The notes under the pieces: generated by a model
What the model was told of the DNA's origin: nothing
The model's database searches: none
The model's input: only the letters and a program-made list of their open reading frames with translations
Shown: positions 32,443-42,668 of the stretch, in pieces
Layout: the number at the start of each line of letters is the position of its first letter
How positions within the stretch are numbered: the stretch's first letter is position 1
Assembly: GCA_963755715.1 (NCBI GenBank)
Contig: CAVWLW010000043.1
Location: 96,001-160,000, forward strand
Origin: an uncultured delta proteobacterium
Lineage (GTDB): Bacteria; Desulfobacterota; Binatia; UBA9968
Length of the DNA stretch: 64,000 bases
Direction of reading: 5' to 3'
Made by a program: the position numbers and the translations under genes

Positions 32443-32891
32443 AGGTGATCCTCCAAAGGTAGTATGCTTAAAATTTTGGCGCAGATAAACGTCATCTTGC
32501 ATACTCCAAGGCAGGAAAAATGTCTAGGAATCGGGGCCAAGCAAAACTCTAAAATGGATGTCGCCAAGTCTACTTGAACGCGAGCAAAGCGACTGCAATC
32601 TCAGTTTAGATTACAAACCCATCCGGACAGCAAGAAAGATTCTCGAGCGGAATAACAACTAAAGAATGAAGTGTCATCCCAAACGACAGAGAGGGATCTT
32701 GACCAAACTCAACCCTTTAGCCAATCTCACCGTTCATCTTCTTCTTCCTGCGTCGAAAACCTTGCCGGGATGGGACAGGGTAGACGAAAAATGGCAAAGG
32801 TCGTCACGATCCAGAATCAAATCCTCGCCGCCAAATCGCTAGAAAGTCGCCAAACTGTCCAAGTTCACCAATGGCACAGCGCGCGCGCCCA

Positions 32892-32907
32892 TGGCATGGT
32901 TCTCGCT
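32892..32907 (+). promoter_or_regulatory. Sigma-54 (-24/-12) promoter
   Basis: TGGCATGGTTCTCGCT fits GG-N10-GC, 28 bp before ATG 32936. Confidence 0.6.
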
Positions 32908-32935
32908 AAGTTACTCCGGCGAGGTTAACAAAGAG

Positions 32936-33479
32936 ATGGAAAACAGCATCGATCAAGAGAGTCCTGCAGCCGATCCCCGGCAAGATTTTGGTCGTCGATC
33001 CAAAAAACAGTCCAATGCCGAGCTCGCCGAATTACATGAAGCGCTGCGAGAGAAGGAAAAACTTCTTCAGGCCAATGAAATCGCCCGGCAAGAAATGGCT
33101 TCGTCGCAACAAGCCGAGCTTCGTGATATGAAAAGCCAGCTGACTGAAAAAGATGAGCTCCTGCTCCGCCGGCAAGCCGAATTGCACTCGCTCAAGTTTC
33201 GCTTGGAAAATCTCTCGGAGCAAATGAGTCAAATTGGCAAAGATAAAGATCGCATGATTTCTGAGATCGCCCGGCTGAACGCCGAACTCAAAGAGAAAAA
33301 GCTGATCCTCGCCAAACAAGAGCAAGAAGAATGGCAATCGATCGGTTGGCGCAACGAGCTTGAAACGAAAACTGGGAAAGCTCGGGGCTCGTTTTTCCGG
33401 CTCCGGCGAAGAGGAAAAGCAAAAAAGCGCCGAATCCTCCGCCCACCTCACGCTGGTCTTTAAAAATCAAAGTCGGTGA
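32936..33479 (+). CDS. Coiled-coil hypothetical protein; probable frameshift near 33358
   Basis: E/K/Q/L heptad-rich body; track ORF stops at 33463, while the alternative frame LKRKLGKL...NQSR* ends at 33479. Confidence 0.6.
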
Positions 33480-33663
33480 AATAGTTGCCAGCCACGGGGC
33501 GGAGTTGTCGAACCGGCGCGCAGCGGTTGCGTGCTTGCAAATACCGCCGCAAGCTTTTTAGTCCACAATTTCCATTTTTACATTGGCTGAAGCCGATCGG
33601 GCCCGCGTGACGCCGGCGCCAAAGCATCCAATCGTGGTCGGCTCGCATCATGCGAACCGCGCC

Positions 33664-34986
33664 TCAGCTTTCGAGGCTTCGGATCGCCGGCACGCGCCAT
33701 GCCACCAGCACGGCGAGAACAATGACGACGGCGCCCATGATGGCGACGGTCAACGGCGCGCCGATAAAATGCGCGGTCACACCGGCAAACATGGCGCCGA
33801 TCGGCATGAAGCCGCGGTCGAGCATGTAGAGGCTCATGACCCGGCCGCGCAACTCGTCCGGAACGATCATCTGCAGGATCGTGTTGGTGCTGGCGAGAAA
33901 GAACATCTGAAAGATGCCGACCAAAACCAAAGAAATCAGCGCCAAGGGAAAGTAAGTGATCTGCGAAAATAGAATGAGAAAAAATCCGAGGATGATAATG
34001 CTACCGACGAGAAACAACCCTTGGCGCCTGAGGCTATTGCCGAGCGATGCCAGTAACAGCACAGATATGAGGGCGCCGACGCCGGGCGCGGCCATTAAGA
34101 TTCCCAGCCCTTCGGGACCGACTTTCAGCACATCTTTTTGAAAGACCGGCATCAAAGTCTGGTACGGCACGGCAAAGATGCGCGGGACGTAAGCGAGCGT
34201 CATCAGCGCCAGCACGGCGGGCGTCGACCAGACATAGGCGAAGCCTTCCTTGAGGTTGGCCATGGCGGATGAGCGGCGCGCTCGCTCGGACGTGGGCGGC
34301 ACGTGCATCCAATAGATCATCAGCAACACGCCGCTGTAGGCGATGGCCTGGACGAAAAAATTTCCTCCCGCGCCGAACAACGCAATCATCAAGCCGCCCA
34401 ATGCGGGGCCGATGATCTTCATCAAATTAAATCCACCCGAATTCAGCGCGATGGCGTTGGCGAGATCTTCCTTGGGAACCAGGCTCGGAATCATGCTTTG
34501 CCTGACCGGTTCCGTGAAGGTCCAAGCGATTCCCGTGATCAACGTGAACACAAACACATGCCACACCTGGAGCAGTCCCGACGCCACCAGCGCGCCCATC
34601 AGCACCGCGGTGACGATCAATACCCACTGAGTGCGCAGCAGCAGCCGCTTTCGGTCCATTCGATCCGCAGCCACTCCCGCCATGGGGCCGGTGACGAGAA
34701 AAGGCAAAGCGCGCAGTCCGTTGAGCGATCCGAGCAACATCGAATTGCCGGTGAGGTCGTACACCAGCCAACCCAGCGTGACCTGCTGGATCCATTGGCC
34801 GGCGCTCATCATGAAAGTGCCGGAGCAAAGATAGCGAAAATCGGTGTGACGAAGCGAAGAGAATGTCTGAAAGCGAAAACGCTGCCGAGTCGATTCGACG
34901 GGTGCTTCAATGAGCTCCGAAAATTCTTCGTCCAAGTGTTTTGTATCCTTCGGTTGTGACCAAGTGGGGCTTCTCCTTTCTACCAA
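33664..34986 (-). CDS. MFS transporter (MFS_3-like)
   Basis: SLRHTDFR, GVAADRMDRKR, LANAIALNS, VPDELRGRVMSLY. Confidence 0.9.
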   Translation of the reverse strand: MVERRSPTWSQPKDTKHLDEEFSELIEAPVESTRQRFRFQTFSSLRHTDFRYLCSGTFMMSAGQWIQQVTLGWLVYDLTGNSMLLGSLNGLRALPFLVTGPMAGVAADRMDRKRLLLRTQWVLIVTAVLMGALVASGLLQVWHVFVFTLITGIAWTFTEPVRQSMIPSLVPKEDLANAIALNSGGFNLMKIIGPALGGLMIALFGAGGNFFVQAIAYSGVLLMIYWMHVPPTSERARRSSAMANLKEGFAYVWSTPAVLALMTLAYVPRIFAVPYQTLMPVFQKDVLKVGPEGLGILMAAPGVGALISVLLLASLGNSLRRQGLFLVGSIIILGFFLILFSQITYFPLALISLVLVGIFQMFFLASTNTILQMIVPDELRGRVMSLYMLDRGFMPIGAMFAGVTAHFIGAPLTVAIMGAVVIVLAVLVAWRVPAIRSLES

Positions 34987-35114
34987 GATTCAGTCAGGGT
35001 TGCCACAAACGCGAAGCTTTGCCGGCCGGTAATTCTACTGCTTACGATGAGGCATGCCCGCAGCAAAAATCTGGCGCTGCACGATGCTTCGCTTACGTCG
35101 GCGCCGCCGAAATA

Positions 35115-36299
35115 TCAGGCGTGCTGTTGTTTCTCCGCCCGTGCCGCGGCGAACGAATACGCGTCGTAGCCTTCGCGAATCAGCTGGATTACCTCATCCT
35201 TGGCGGGATCAAAATTGATTCCAATCAGATTCTCGCCATTTTGCGCGGCGATGATTTGCTCGCGCAGTAATTTGCGAAACATGATGACGCCGCGGTCGGC
35301 TTCGCCTAGATGCTCGCCGCCGCGGTTGGCGATCGCGCCCTGAGTTTCCCAGGCCATGTGGTCCTGGCTGGCGAAATGATTCAGATGAAACTCGCCGTCT
35401 TCATTTTTCGTCGCGATGAATTCCACCGGCGGCTCATCCGGCTGTTCGGCGACGCTGCCGTCTTTGGTCGGGGTGAAACGGAATTGAAAAACTTGGGTAT
35501 TCGAGTCGTCGATCGGCGTGCGAAAATGCATGGAGTAACCGGTGCGCACAGGGACGAAAAGAATATTGGGAAAAATCAGCGGGTGCGGCGCTTCGGCGGG
35601 AACGCCGTCACCGGCGAAGATCCGCTGTTTCTGGATCCCCGCCCAATTGGGTTCCACCACCAATTCAAAGTCGATCTTGCTGAGCTGCTGATAGTGAAAC
35701 GGCACGTAATCCTTGTCGCCCTTGAGCTTGAGCGTGTGCGAATGAAGATAATAGGTGTGCGTTGGATCGACGGAGTTTTCCATTGCCTGCAACCAATTGC
35801 ACTGCAGCACTTCGCAGACGTCGACCTTTTTGACACCGTCCCGGCGCACAAGCAAGTCCCACTTCGGCAGCAGCGGTTTCTTATCGGCAGGCCCCATGTA
35901 GGCAAAGAGCAGGCCTCCCAGCTTCTCCACGGGGTAGGCGGTGTGCTGTATCTTGTCCTTGAATCCGCTCTCGGGATTTTCAAAAGGCTGATCAATGCAC
36001 TTGCCGCACGCATCGTATTTCCAACCGTGATAGGCGCAGCGAATACCGCCGTCTTCGACGAAGCCGTAGTAGAGCGATACGCCGCGGTGCGAGCAATGCT
36101 CGGCGACGAGGCCGTAACTGCCGCGTGGATCTCGGTAGAGCACCAAATCCTCGCCTAGGATTCGGACTCGTTTTTTCGGTTTTTCATCGCTCAGCTCAGC
36201 TGCCGCCGCAACCACGTGCCAGTAGCGTCTCAGCAATTGCCCCGCGGGAGTTCCCGGGGCGACCCGGGTAAGAAAATCGTTTTCTTCGTGACTGAGCAT
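35115..36299 (-). CDS. Rieske non-heme iron oxygenase (phthalate 4,5-dioxygenase / LigX-like)
   Basis: CSHRG...CAYHGW Rieske motif, ENSVDPTHTYYLH iron site, QDHMAWETQG. Confidence 0.9.
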   Translation of the reverse strand: MLSHEENDFLTRVAPGTPAGQLLRRYWHVVAAAAELSDEKPKKRVRILGEDLVLYRDPRGSYGLVAEHCSHRGVSLYYGFVEDGGIRCAYHGWKYDACGKCIDQPFENPESGFKDKIQHTAYPVEKLGGLLFAYMGPADKKPLLPKWDLLVRRDGVKKVDVCEVLQCNWLQAMENSVDPTHTYYLHSHTLKLKGDKDYVPFHYQQLSKIDFELVVEPNWAGIQKQRIFAGDGVPAEAPHPLIFPNILFVPVRTGYSMHFRTPIDDSNTQVFQFRFTPTKDGSVAEQPDEPPVEFIATKNEDGEFHLNHFASQDHMAWETQGAIANRGGEHLGEADRGVIMFRKLLREQIIAAQNGENLIGINFDPAKDEVIQLIREGYDAYSFAAARAEKQQHA

Positions 36300-36412
36300 G
36301 GCGCAAGCTCCTTAACTTTGGTCAATGAAAAAGAATCGACATAGTAAGATTTATCAAATTGACAGTATTCGAAACACGGCTGGGGTGTCAACGTGAAGGG
36401 CAATAGGATATT

Positions 36413-37128
36413 TCACTTTGCATCGTGAAAAATAATTCCCAGCGTGTAGCGTTCGCCTGAACGGACGGTGCTGACGCCGTGGCGGAGGTTGGCGCGGTAG
36501 TAGCCGCGCGCGCCGCGAACCGGGCGATGGTGAACTGCAAAGACGACCGCATCGCCTTGGTTCGGATTGAGCGCTTCGACGCGGGATTGTTGGCGCGGGC
36601 GTTGCTCGGCGAGGACAAATTCACCGCCTTCAAAATCTTTGCCGCGTTGACTCAAAAAGAAGGTGACCTGAAACGGAAACACGATCTCACCGTATAGATC
36701 TTGATGCAGGCAGTTGAAATCACCGGCATGATACTTCAGAAGCAACGGCGTTGGGCGTTTTTGGCCGGCGCGATGGCAGCACGCGATGAAGTCCGAAAGC
36801 TGCTCAGGATATCGGATCTTGTTCCCGAGCCGTTCGGCCCATTGGTTGGCAAGCGGCGCAAGCTGCGGGTAGATCGAAGCCCTGAGATGTTGCACGATCT
36901 CGGGCAGCGGATAATTGAGATACTTATACTCGCCGCGGCCGAAAGAATAGCGCGCCATTTCAATGCGTGAACGAAAGCGAGCGGTCGTCGGCGTAATAGC
37001 CGGCGATCTCGCCGCAACGATTCTTTGCGAGCACGGCGGGAATCAGCGCAAATCCACGTTCCTCGAGATGAGAACGTACTTGCTTCCCAATCGATTTTGT
37101 GCTCGTGATTCGCCGCTAGAGTCGACAT
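36413..37128 (-). CDS. 2OG-Fe(II) oxygenase (DUF2086-like), 5' frameshifts
   Basis: FGRGEYKY, PTPLLLKY, NCLHQDLYG, LRHGVS, RYTLGIIFHDA; ATG at 37128. Confidence 0.85.
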
Positions 37129-37144
37129 CACTGCTCTTAGTTTG

Positions 37145-37636
37145 TCATCCATGCTGCAGCTTTGACTCGAGAGCCAAGAGCGCCGCTTTGGCCTGCAGGC
37201 CGCCGGCAAACCCGGTGAGCGATCCGTCCGAGCCGATGACCCGATGGCAGGGCACGATGATCGATAACGGATTTTTGCCGTTGGCCAGTCCCACCGCGCG
37301 AGAGGCGCTGGCGGAGCCGATGGCCTTGGCCAAGTCGAGGTAACTGCGGGTTTGACCGAACGGAATTTCTCTTAAGGCGCGCCAAACTTTCTTTTGGAAT
37401 TCACTCCCGTTTGGCTCGAGCGGAAGATCGAATTCGGTTCGTTTATGGGCGAAATATTCGATCAACTGTCGTTCGGCCTCAACCAGAATCGGCTGCTCGG
37501 GGGCGAGCTTGGGCGGATCGAGCTTGACCCGATCGGCTCGTTCCTGCTCCCAGAGAACCGCGACCAGCGCATGGGCGCTGGCGATCAGCTTGAGTTTGCC
37601 CACCGGCGATTCCATTTCTTTGTAGAATAGCGTCAT
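37145..37636 (-). CDS. ogt: Methylated-DNA-protein-cysteine methyltransferase
   Basis: FQKKVW..L..IPFG, RAVG, NP..IIVPCHRVIG. Confidence 0.93.
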   Translation of the reverse strand: MTLFYKEMESPVGKLKLIASAHALVAVLWEQERADRVKLDPPKLAPEQPILVEAERQLIEYFAHKRTEFDLPLEPNGSEFQKKVWRALREIPFGQTRSYLDLAKAIGSASASRAVGLANGKNPLSIIVPCHRVIGSDGSLTGFAGGLQAKAALLALESKLQHG

Positions 37637-37720
37637 GTTTTGTTTCTCCTTTTTTCTTTTTGACTGTCGCCCATTTCTCCAGTCCGTCGTTTTGCGACTT
37701 GCGGTACTCGAATCGACTCC

Positions 37721-38526
37721 TCACGCCGGCCGACAAATTTTGCACGGGCGCAGGCCGGCTGCTTTCGCTTCTCCAGGATCGGCGAAAAAGAGGATCTGCG
37801 CGCGGTCCACACCTGCGCTGCTGCGGCAGCTTGTTCGACAGATAAATTTTGGTGCCTTTGTGGCCCCAGACGATGCTATCGGGAAGTCTTTTCGTCTGCT
37901 TTGCCCAGAGCAAAACCTTCGCTCCTTAAGAGTTGCAACTTGCGCGCGGCGCCGCCGCCGTAGCCGCCAATGCCGCCGCTCGAAGTAATCACCCGATGGC
38001 ATGGCACATAAATCGGCACGGGATTGTTGTGCAAAGCATTGCCGACGGCCCTTGCCCCCTTGGGCGCTCCCGCCGCCGCGCCCAAGGCTTGATAGCTCAC
38101 TACCGCGCCGCGCGGGACTTCCCGTAGCTTCTGCAAAACTTTTTTCTGAAACGGGCTCACCGCCAGACTCAGGTCGGTGTTCCGGCGCAGCGCATCCGCG
38201 TCACCATCGAGATAGCGCCGAATCTCAGTGCCGACTTCTTTGACGCTCCTTCGGTCTTCAACGGGATCCAGTACCAGCCGAAGCTTTGCGATCGTACTTT
38301 CGAGATCGTCGCCGCCGGGCAAATAGTGGATGAGCACGATACCGCGCTCGCTCAGCGCCACGAGCAAATCACCCAACGGCGAATTCACGACGCCGACTGC
38401 GGCCTGCGGCCGGCGAATCTGTTTGAGCGCGTTATCGACACGGCGCTGAGAGCGGCGCAGCAACGCCTCGACTCTTTGGTCGCCGAATTCACTGCCGACT
38501 GTGCCAATAAGTTTTTCTATATTCAT
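37721..38526 (-). CDS. MGMT-family protein with an N-terminal helical extension and a C-terminal Ada Zn-binding domain; frameshifts at about 37850-37890
   Basis: VPCHRVIT active site; downstream frames give TKI(Y)CRTSC...FFAD..EA..AGLRPCKICRP*. Confidence 0.8.
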
Positions 38527-38531
38527 ATTGA

Positions 38532-39050
38532 TCACCACATGGATTTAAGTTTTCTCAGCGCTTGCGAAACATTCGCCCGCGCGCCTTCTTGAGAGCAGTC
38601 CAGAGCCGCGGCTATTTCCGCGTAATCCAGGCCGGCGAAATAGCGCAACTGCAACGCCTCGCGTTGTTTTGCCGGGAGCGCGGACATCAGCTCGCGCAGG
38701 CGCACAGCCGCATAGCCGTCATTTTCGTTGTGCGCTCGATGCGCTTTGCCGATCCGGTCGGCCGCCGGATTTGCCTCATCATCAGCGACGATCACGGCGG
38801 TGCGCCGGGCGCCGTCGCGCGCTCGATTGCGGCATAGGTTGACGGCGATCGCATACAACCACGGCCTGACTTCGCTGTCGGGTTCAAGACGAGGATAGGC
38901 GCGATAAGCGCGCAACCAAGTCTCCTGAAACAAGTCCGCGGCGTCTTCACGATCGCCCGACGCGCGCAGCAGATAGCGCATAATCTCCCGTTCATGACGC
39001 CGCATTATCTGCTCGAAGGGAAGCGGTAGCTGTAGTTTCGGGTGCGTCAT
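38532..39050 (-). CDS. ECF RNA polymerase sigma factor
   Basis: DAADLFQETWLRA, WLYAIAVN (region 2); LPAKQREAL..RY..GLDYAEIA (region 4). Confidence 0.92.
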   Translation of the reverse strand: MTHPKLQLPLPFEQIMRRHEREIMRYLLRASGDREDAADLFQETWLRAYRAYPRLEPDSEVRPWLYAIAVNLCRNRARDGARRTAVIVADDEANPAADRIGKAHRAHNENDGYAAVRLRELMSALPAKQREALQLRYFAGLDYAEIAAALDCSQEGARANVSQALRKLKSMW

Positions 39051-39057
39051 GTAGGTT

Positions 39058-39085
39058 GAAACCCCGCAGATGGGCAAATGTGAAA
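39058..39085 (-). promoter_or_regulatory. Candidate autoregulatory ECF promoter, probably leaderless
   Basis: Minus strand TTTCACA-N16-GTTTC-AACCTAC-ATG; no SD sequence before the ATG. Confidence 0.4.
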
Positions 39086-39174
39086 AGGTCGTATTCTTTT
39101 GAAGACCGGCCGATTCGCCGCGGCCTCTGAATTCTTGCGGCGCTGGTTTCTAACTCAAAGGCGCGCGGCAATAG

Positions 39175-39996
39175 TCAGGGAAGCTTCGCGTTCGGGCTTC
39201 GGGCATAAACGTCTGCGCGGCGGTTTTGGAGGAGCGGTAATTTTTCACGCGTTTCGCGCACTAAATCTAAATCAAGCTCAACGACTTCCAGCCCTTCATT
39301 CGTGCCGAGATCGACAACCGTTCGACCGAGCGGATCGACGATCATGCTGTGGCCGATATAAATGTTGCCGGTTTGATCCGGCGCGACGACGTAACAGCCG
39401 TTTTCCAAGGCGCGCGCTTTGATCATCGTTTGCCAATGTTCCACTTTCAGATCGCCTTGAACCCAGCCCGACGGCGCGGCTAACACATTCGCGCCCTCGA
39501 GCGCGAGCATACGCGCCATCTCTGGAAAGCGCAGATCGTAGCAGATCATCACGCCGAATTGGCATTGTCCCAATGGCACCGGTGGGGCGACGACCGTGCC
39601 GGGATAAAATTTGTCCGACTCTTTGAAACCGAAGGCGTCGTAGAGGTGGAGTTTACGGTAGACCGACGCGATGTTTCCCAGCGCATCGATCCACACGGCG
39701 CTGTCGTATACCCGATTTGCCACCGGAGCTGGTTCGTAGATAGTCGCCAGGACGGCGATGCCGATGGCTTTGGCTGCATCGCGTAGCGCTGAAACGAATT
39801 CACCCTCGGTCGTCTCGGCGATTTGCGACAGTTCCTCGGCGCTCTGGCTAGCAGGGGAGAAAGCCATTAAGAATTCCGGGAACGCGATCAGCTCGGCGCC
39901 CCGGCTGCGCGCTTCTTTTATCAAGTCGAGAGCGGCGCGGAGATTTTCTGTTTTTTCCGTTGAGGATTGGATCTGGACGACGGCGGCTTTGCTCAT
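39175..39996 (-). CDS. Carbon-nitrogen hydrolase (Nit1 / deaminated glutathione amidase-like)
   Basis: FPE, YRKLHLYD, ICYDLRFPE catalytic E-K-C triad, ARALEN. Confidence 0.88.
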   Translation of the reverse strand: MSKAAVVQIQSSTEKTENLRAALDLIKEARSRGAELIAFPEFLMAFSPASQSAEELSQIAETTEGEFVSALRDAAKAIGIAVLATIYEPAPVANRVYDSAVWIDALGNIASVYRKLHLYDAFGFKESDKFYPGTVVAPPVPLGQCQFGVMICYDLRFPEMARMLALEGANVLAAPSGWVQGDLKVEHWQTMIKARALENGCYVVAPDQTGNIYIGHSMIVDPLGRTVVDLGTNEGLEVVELDLDLVRETREKLPLLQNRRADVYARSPNAKLP

Positions 39997-40082
39997 GTTT
40001 CGGTTGAGTGTGGATTAATATCTTCGTTCACGCTATCCAAGGATGCAGGGATCGTCAAGCAGAAGGAGAAAGATCTCTCACG

Positions 40083-40853
40083 CAGTTTACCCTCTTCGGC
40101 CTGTTTTCAGCCGGCGCCTTCGCCGCTTCCGGCATATTTTTTATTTTACTGATGTACTTCGAGCGCAAAGATCCGGCGCCGTTGCTCGATTTGTCGCTCT
40201 TTAAGGTGCGCCTTCTCACGGCCGCTGTTCTGAGTCATTTCTTCGTGTCGCTTTCGCATACTTCGACGTTCTTTCTCCTGCCGTTTTACTTGCAAGGTAT
40301 TTTGCGATTCACGCCGACCCAGGTTGGATTGACGATCATCTTTTTCTCGCTGGTGATCGTGTTTCTCGCGCCGGTCGGCGGCTGGCTCGCCGACCGGCTG
40401 GGGTCGCGCATGCTTTGCACCGTGGGGTCGGTCCTGACGACCTCGAGCATGTTTGGATTTTCCCGATTGGGCGCGGAAAGCGGTCAAGTCGCCGTGATGG
40501 TTCCGTTGATGCTTTTGGGGCTGGGCTGGTCGCTTTTCCAATCACCTAATTTAAGCGGCATGTTCAACGCCGTGGAGCCGCGCTACGTCGGCGCGGTCAG
40601 CGGTCTCTCGCTTACTTCGGCGAACATCGCCAACGCGATGGGCGTCGCCGTCGGCAGCGTGCTGTTTTTGCGCTGGCTCAATTATCATGGCTTGACCGGC
40701 GCGGCGGTGCCGCCATATACAGAATGGGCTCAAGCGCCGGAAATTTTCATTAGATCTTTTCAGAGCTCATGGCTGGTGGTGGCCGGCTTGTCGTCGGTCG
40801 CGATCCTAACTTCGGCGATGCGTGGCGCGGACGCGAGGAAAAAAATTGAGTGA
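40083..40853 (+). pseudogene. C-terminal half of a DHA2-type (14-TMS) MFS transporter
   Basis: ER..P.PLLDLSLFK, LPFYLQ, GGWLADRLGSR, FQSPN; N-terminal half and a credible start are absent. Confidence 0.7.
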
Positions 40854-40928
40854 TGGTGTGTTGGAGTAATAAAGTATTCGGCGGGGGGAGTATCATTACT
40901 CCAACATTCCATTACTCCATCACTCCAA
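40848..40928. repeat. Palindromic element of 8-mer tandem units (GGAGTRAT / ATYACTCC)
   Basis: GAGTGATGGTGTGTTGGAGTAAT versus ATTACTCCAACATTCCATTACTCCATCACTCCAA; overlaps both convergent stop codons. Confidence 0.75.
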
Positions 40929-41979
40929 CTGGAGTTTTTGCCCCGTGTTCTTTGCTTTGATTTTTTCCAGCACGGCCGCGCCGAGAGCAACGTCGGCGAC
41001 GCCTTGGCCGGCGTTGTTTTTGTAGAAAGTGATTTGCTCCGGTTTGGTTCGGCCTTCTTTGTTGCCAGCGAGGATCTCGCCGATCTCGATCAACTGCTCC
41101 CAGCGGATCACGCCGCGCTCGACCGGATCGTAAATGTCCGCTTGTTCGTCCTGGATCGCTTGTTGAATCGACACGATGCCGTGCACGTGGCTTCGCGCCA
41201 ATGTCGCGTCGTCGATCTCGCGCCGTTTGGCGGCGGTGAAACCGCCTTTGACCAGGCCGACGTTGCTGCCGACGATCGTCGTCACGTGCTGGCCGGGCTC
41301 GAGCCAATTGCCGTCGAACACCGGCACGCTCGAATTGGTCGCGGTTAAAATAATATCGACGCCGCGCACCGCTTCTTCGGGGGAAGCAACTGGCGTGATA
41401 TTGAGATTCGTCACGGGTCCCATTTCTTCGGCGAATTTTTTCCGGTTCGCCGGCGCTCCGGCTGTAGACCTTCACTTCTTTCAGCTTGCGCACCTGCATG
41501 AGCGCGAGCAAATGATTCTTCGCTTGGCCGGCGGCGCCGAAAAGGCCGAGACTCGTGGCGTCGGGACGGGCGAGCAGGTCGGTGCCGACTGCGCTGGTGG
41601 CGGCCGTGCGAAGACCGGTGACGGCGATATTATTCGGTAACTCGGCGCAGGTGATCTCGCCGACGATGATGCCCTTGAGCTCGCCTTCCGCCGAATCATA
41701 CAGCACGATCACCGGATGATTGAGCCGGGGATAAACTTGCTCGTCGGCCATCGGCTTGACCCATTCACAGTGGGTCATCAGGCCCGTGGCTTTGGCCGCG
41801 GGTACGCCGCCTTGATGGACGCTCACGCGCACTCCGGTTGGAATATGAATTCGTCGGCGCGGCGCATTCAATTGCGGATTCTCACCCCATTCGCGAAAGC
41901 CCAGACGCACAGCCTCCACGGCTTCCGCCATGGAGACGATGCCGCGAATTTCTTGTGGGCTCACCAGAAGCGGTTGCAA
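40920..41979 (-). CDS. Ornithine cyclodeaminase / mu-crystallin family protein, frameshift near 41450
   Basis: TGLRTAATSA, GLFGAAGQA, ILTATNS, GRT...QITFYKN..GQGVADVA. Confidence 0.85.
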
Positions 41980-41998
41980 CTTTAGCCTCCTCGATGAT

Positions 41999-42069
41999 TA
42001 AAGGATAAGGGATAAAGGATGAAGGATAACAGTACTAATTCGAAGTTTTGCCCTTTGCCTTTATCCTTT
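41999..42069. repeat. Palindromic element of 7-mer tandem units (AAGGATR / ..TATCCTT)
   Basis: AAAGGATAAGGGATAAAGGATGAAGGATAA versus TTGCCCTTTGCCTTTATCCTTT. Confidence 0.7.
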
Positions 42070-42633
42070 CAGAGTCGTCGGTGCCACCTGCGGGCGGGCG
42101 ATCAGCTCTTCGCCCCAGCGTTTCAGATTCGGATACGTGCCGTCGATAACGACACCATAGCGCTCCCGGCGCGTATAGAACGGAATGAACGATAGGTCCG
42201 CCAGCGTGTAGACGTCGCCGACGAGATATTTTTTGCCTGCCATTTCCTTGTCGAGAGTCGTTAGATGCTGCTTCATTCGTTGTTGAGCTTTCTCGGGCTC
42301 TCGGTTGTGCGTGATGTCGGAAGCTGCGGCGTGGAGTCGAGTGCTGAAGTAATCGACCCAGATGCGCGCCTTGGAGCGCAACAGGAGGTCGGCCGGCATG
42401 AGCCGAACTTCGGGAAATTTTTCTTCGAGATATTCGTCGATGATCGCCGACTCGTAAATAACCCCCTCGCCGTCGACTAAGACCGGCACTTTGCCGTAGG
42501 GGTTTTGGCGAGTCAGATCTTCAGGCTTGTTCTTGAGATCCACTTCGATGAGCTCATAAGGCAGCTTCTTTTCGGCGAGGACAATCCTTGTCCTGTGAGC
42601 ATAGGGTCAAGTGTGGCTGGAATAGAGTTTCAT
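42061..42633 (-). CDS. Selenocysteine-containing glutathione S-transferase (omega/SspA-like, U-P-Y-A active site), 190 aa
   Basis: GGAGG RBS then ATG 42633: MKLYSSHT-TGA-PYAHRTRIVLAEKK, in frame with NPYGKVPVL and YESAII; TGA (42607-42609) sits at the CPYA Cys position; SECIS-like hairpin follows. Confidence 0.88.
42578..42594 (-). promoter_or_regulatory. Bacterial SECIS-like element of the Sec-GST
   Basis: AGGACAA-GGA-TTGTCCT, a perfect 7-bp stem with a G-led loop starting at nt 20 after the UGA. Confidence 0.75.
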
Positions 42634-42668
42634 GTCGTCCCCTCCTTGTAGTGGTCAATATCAACTGG

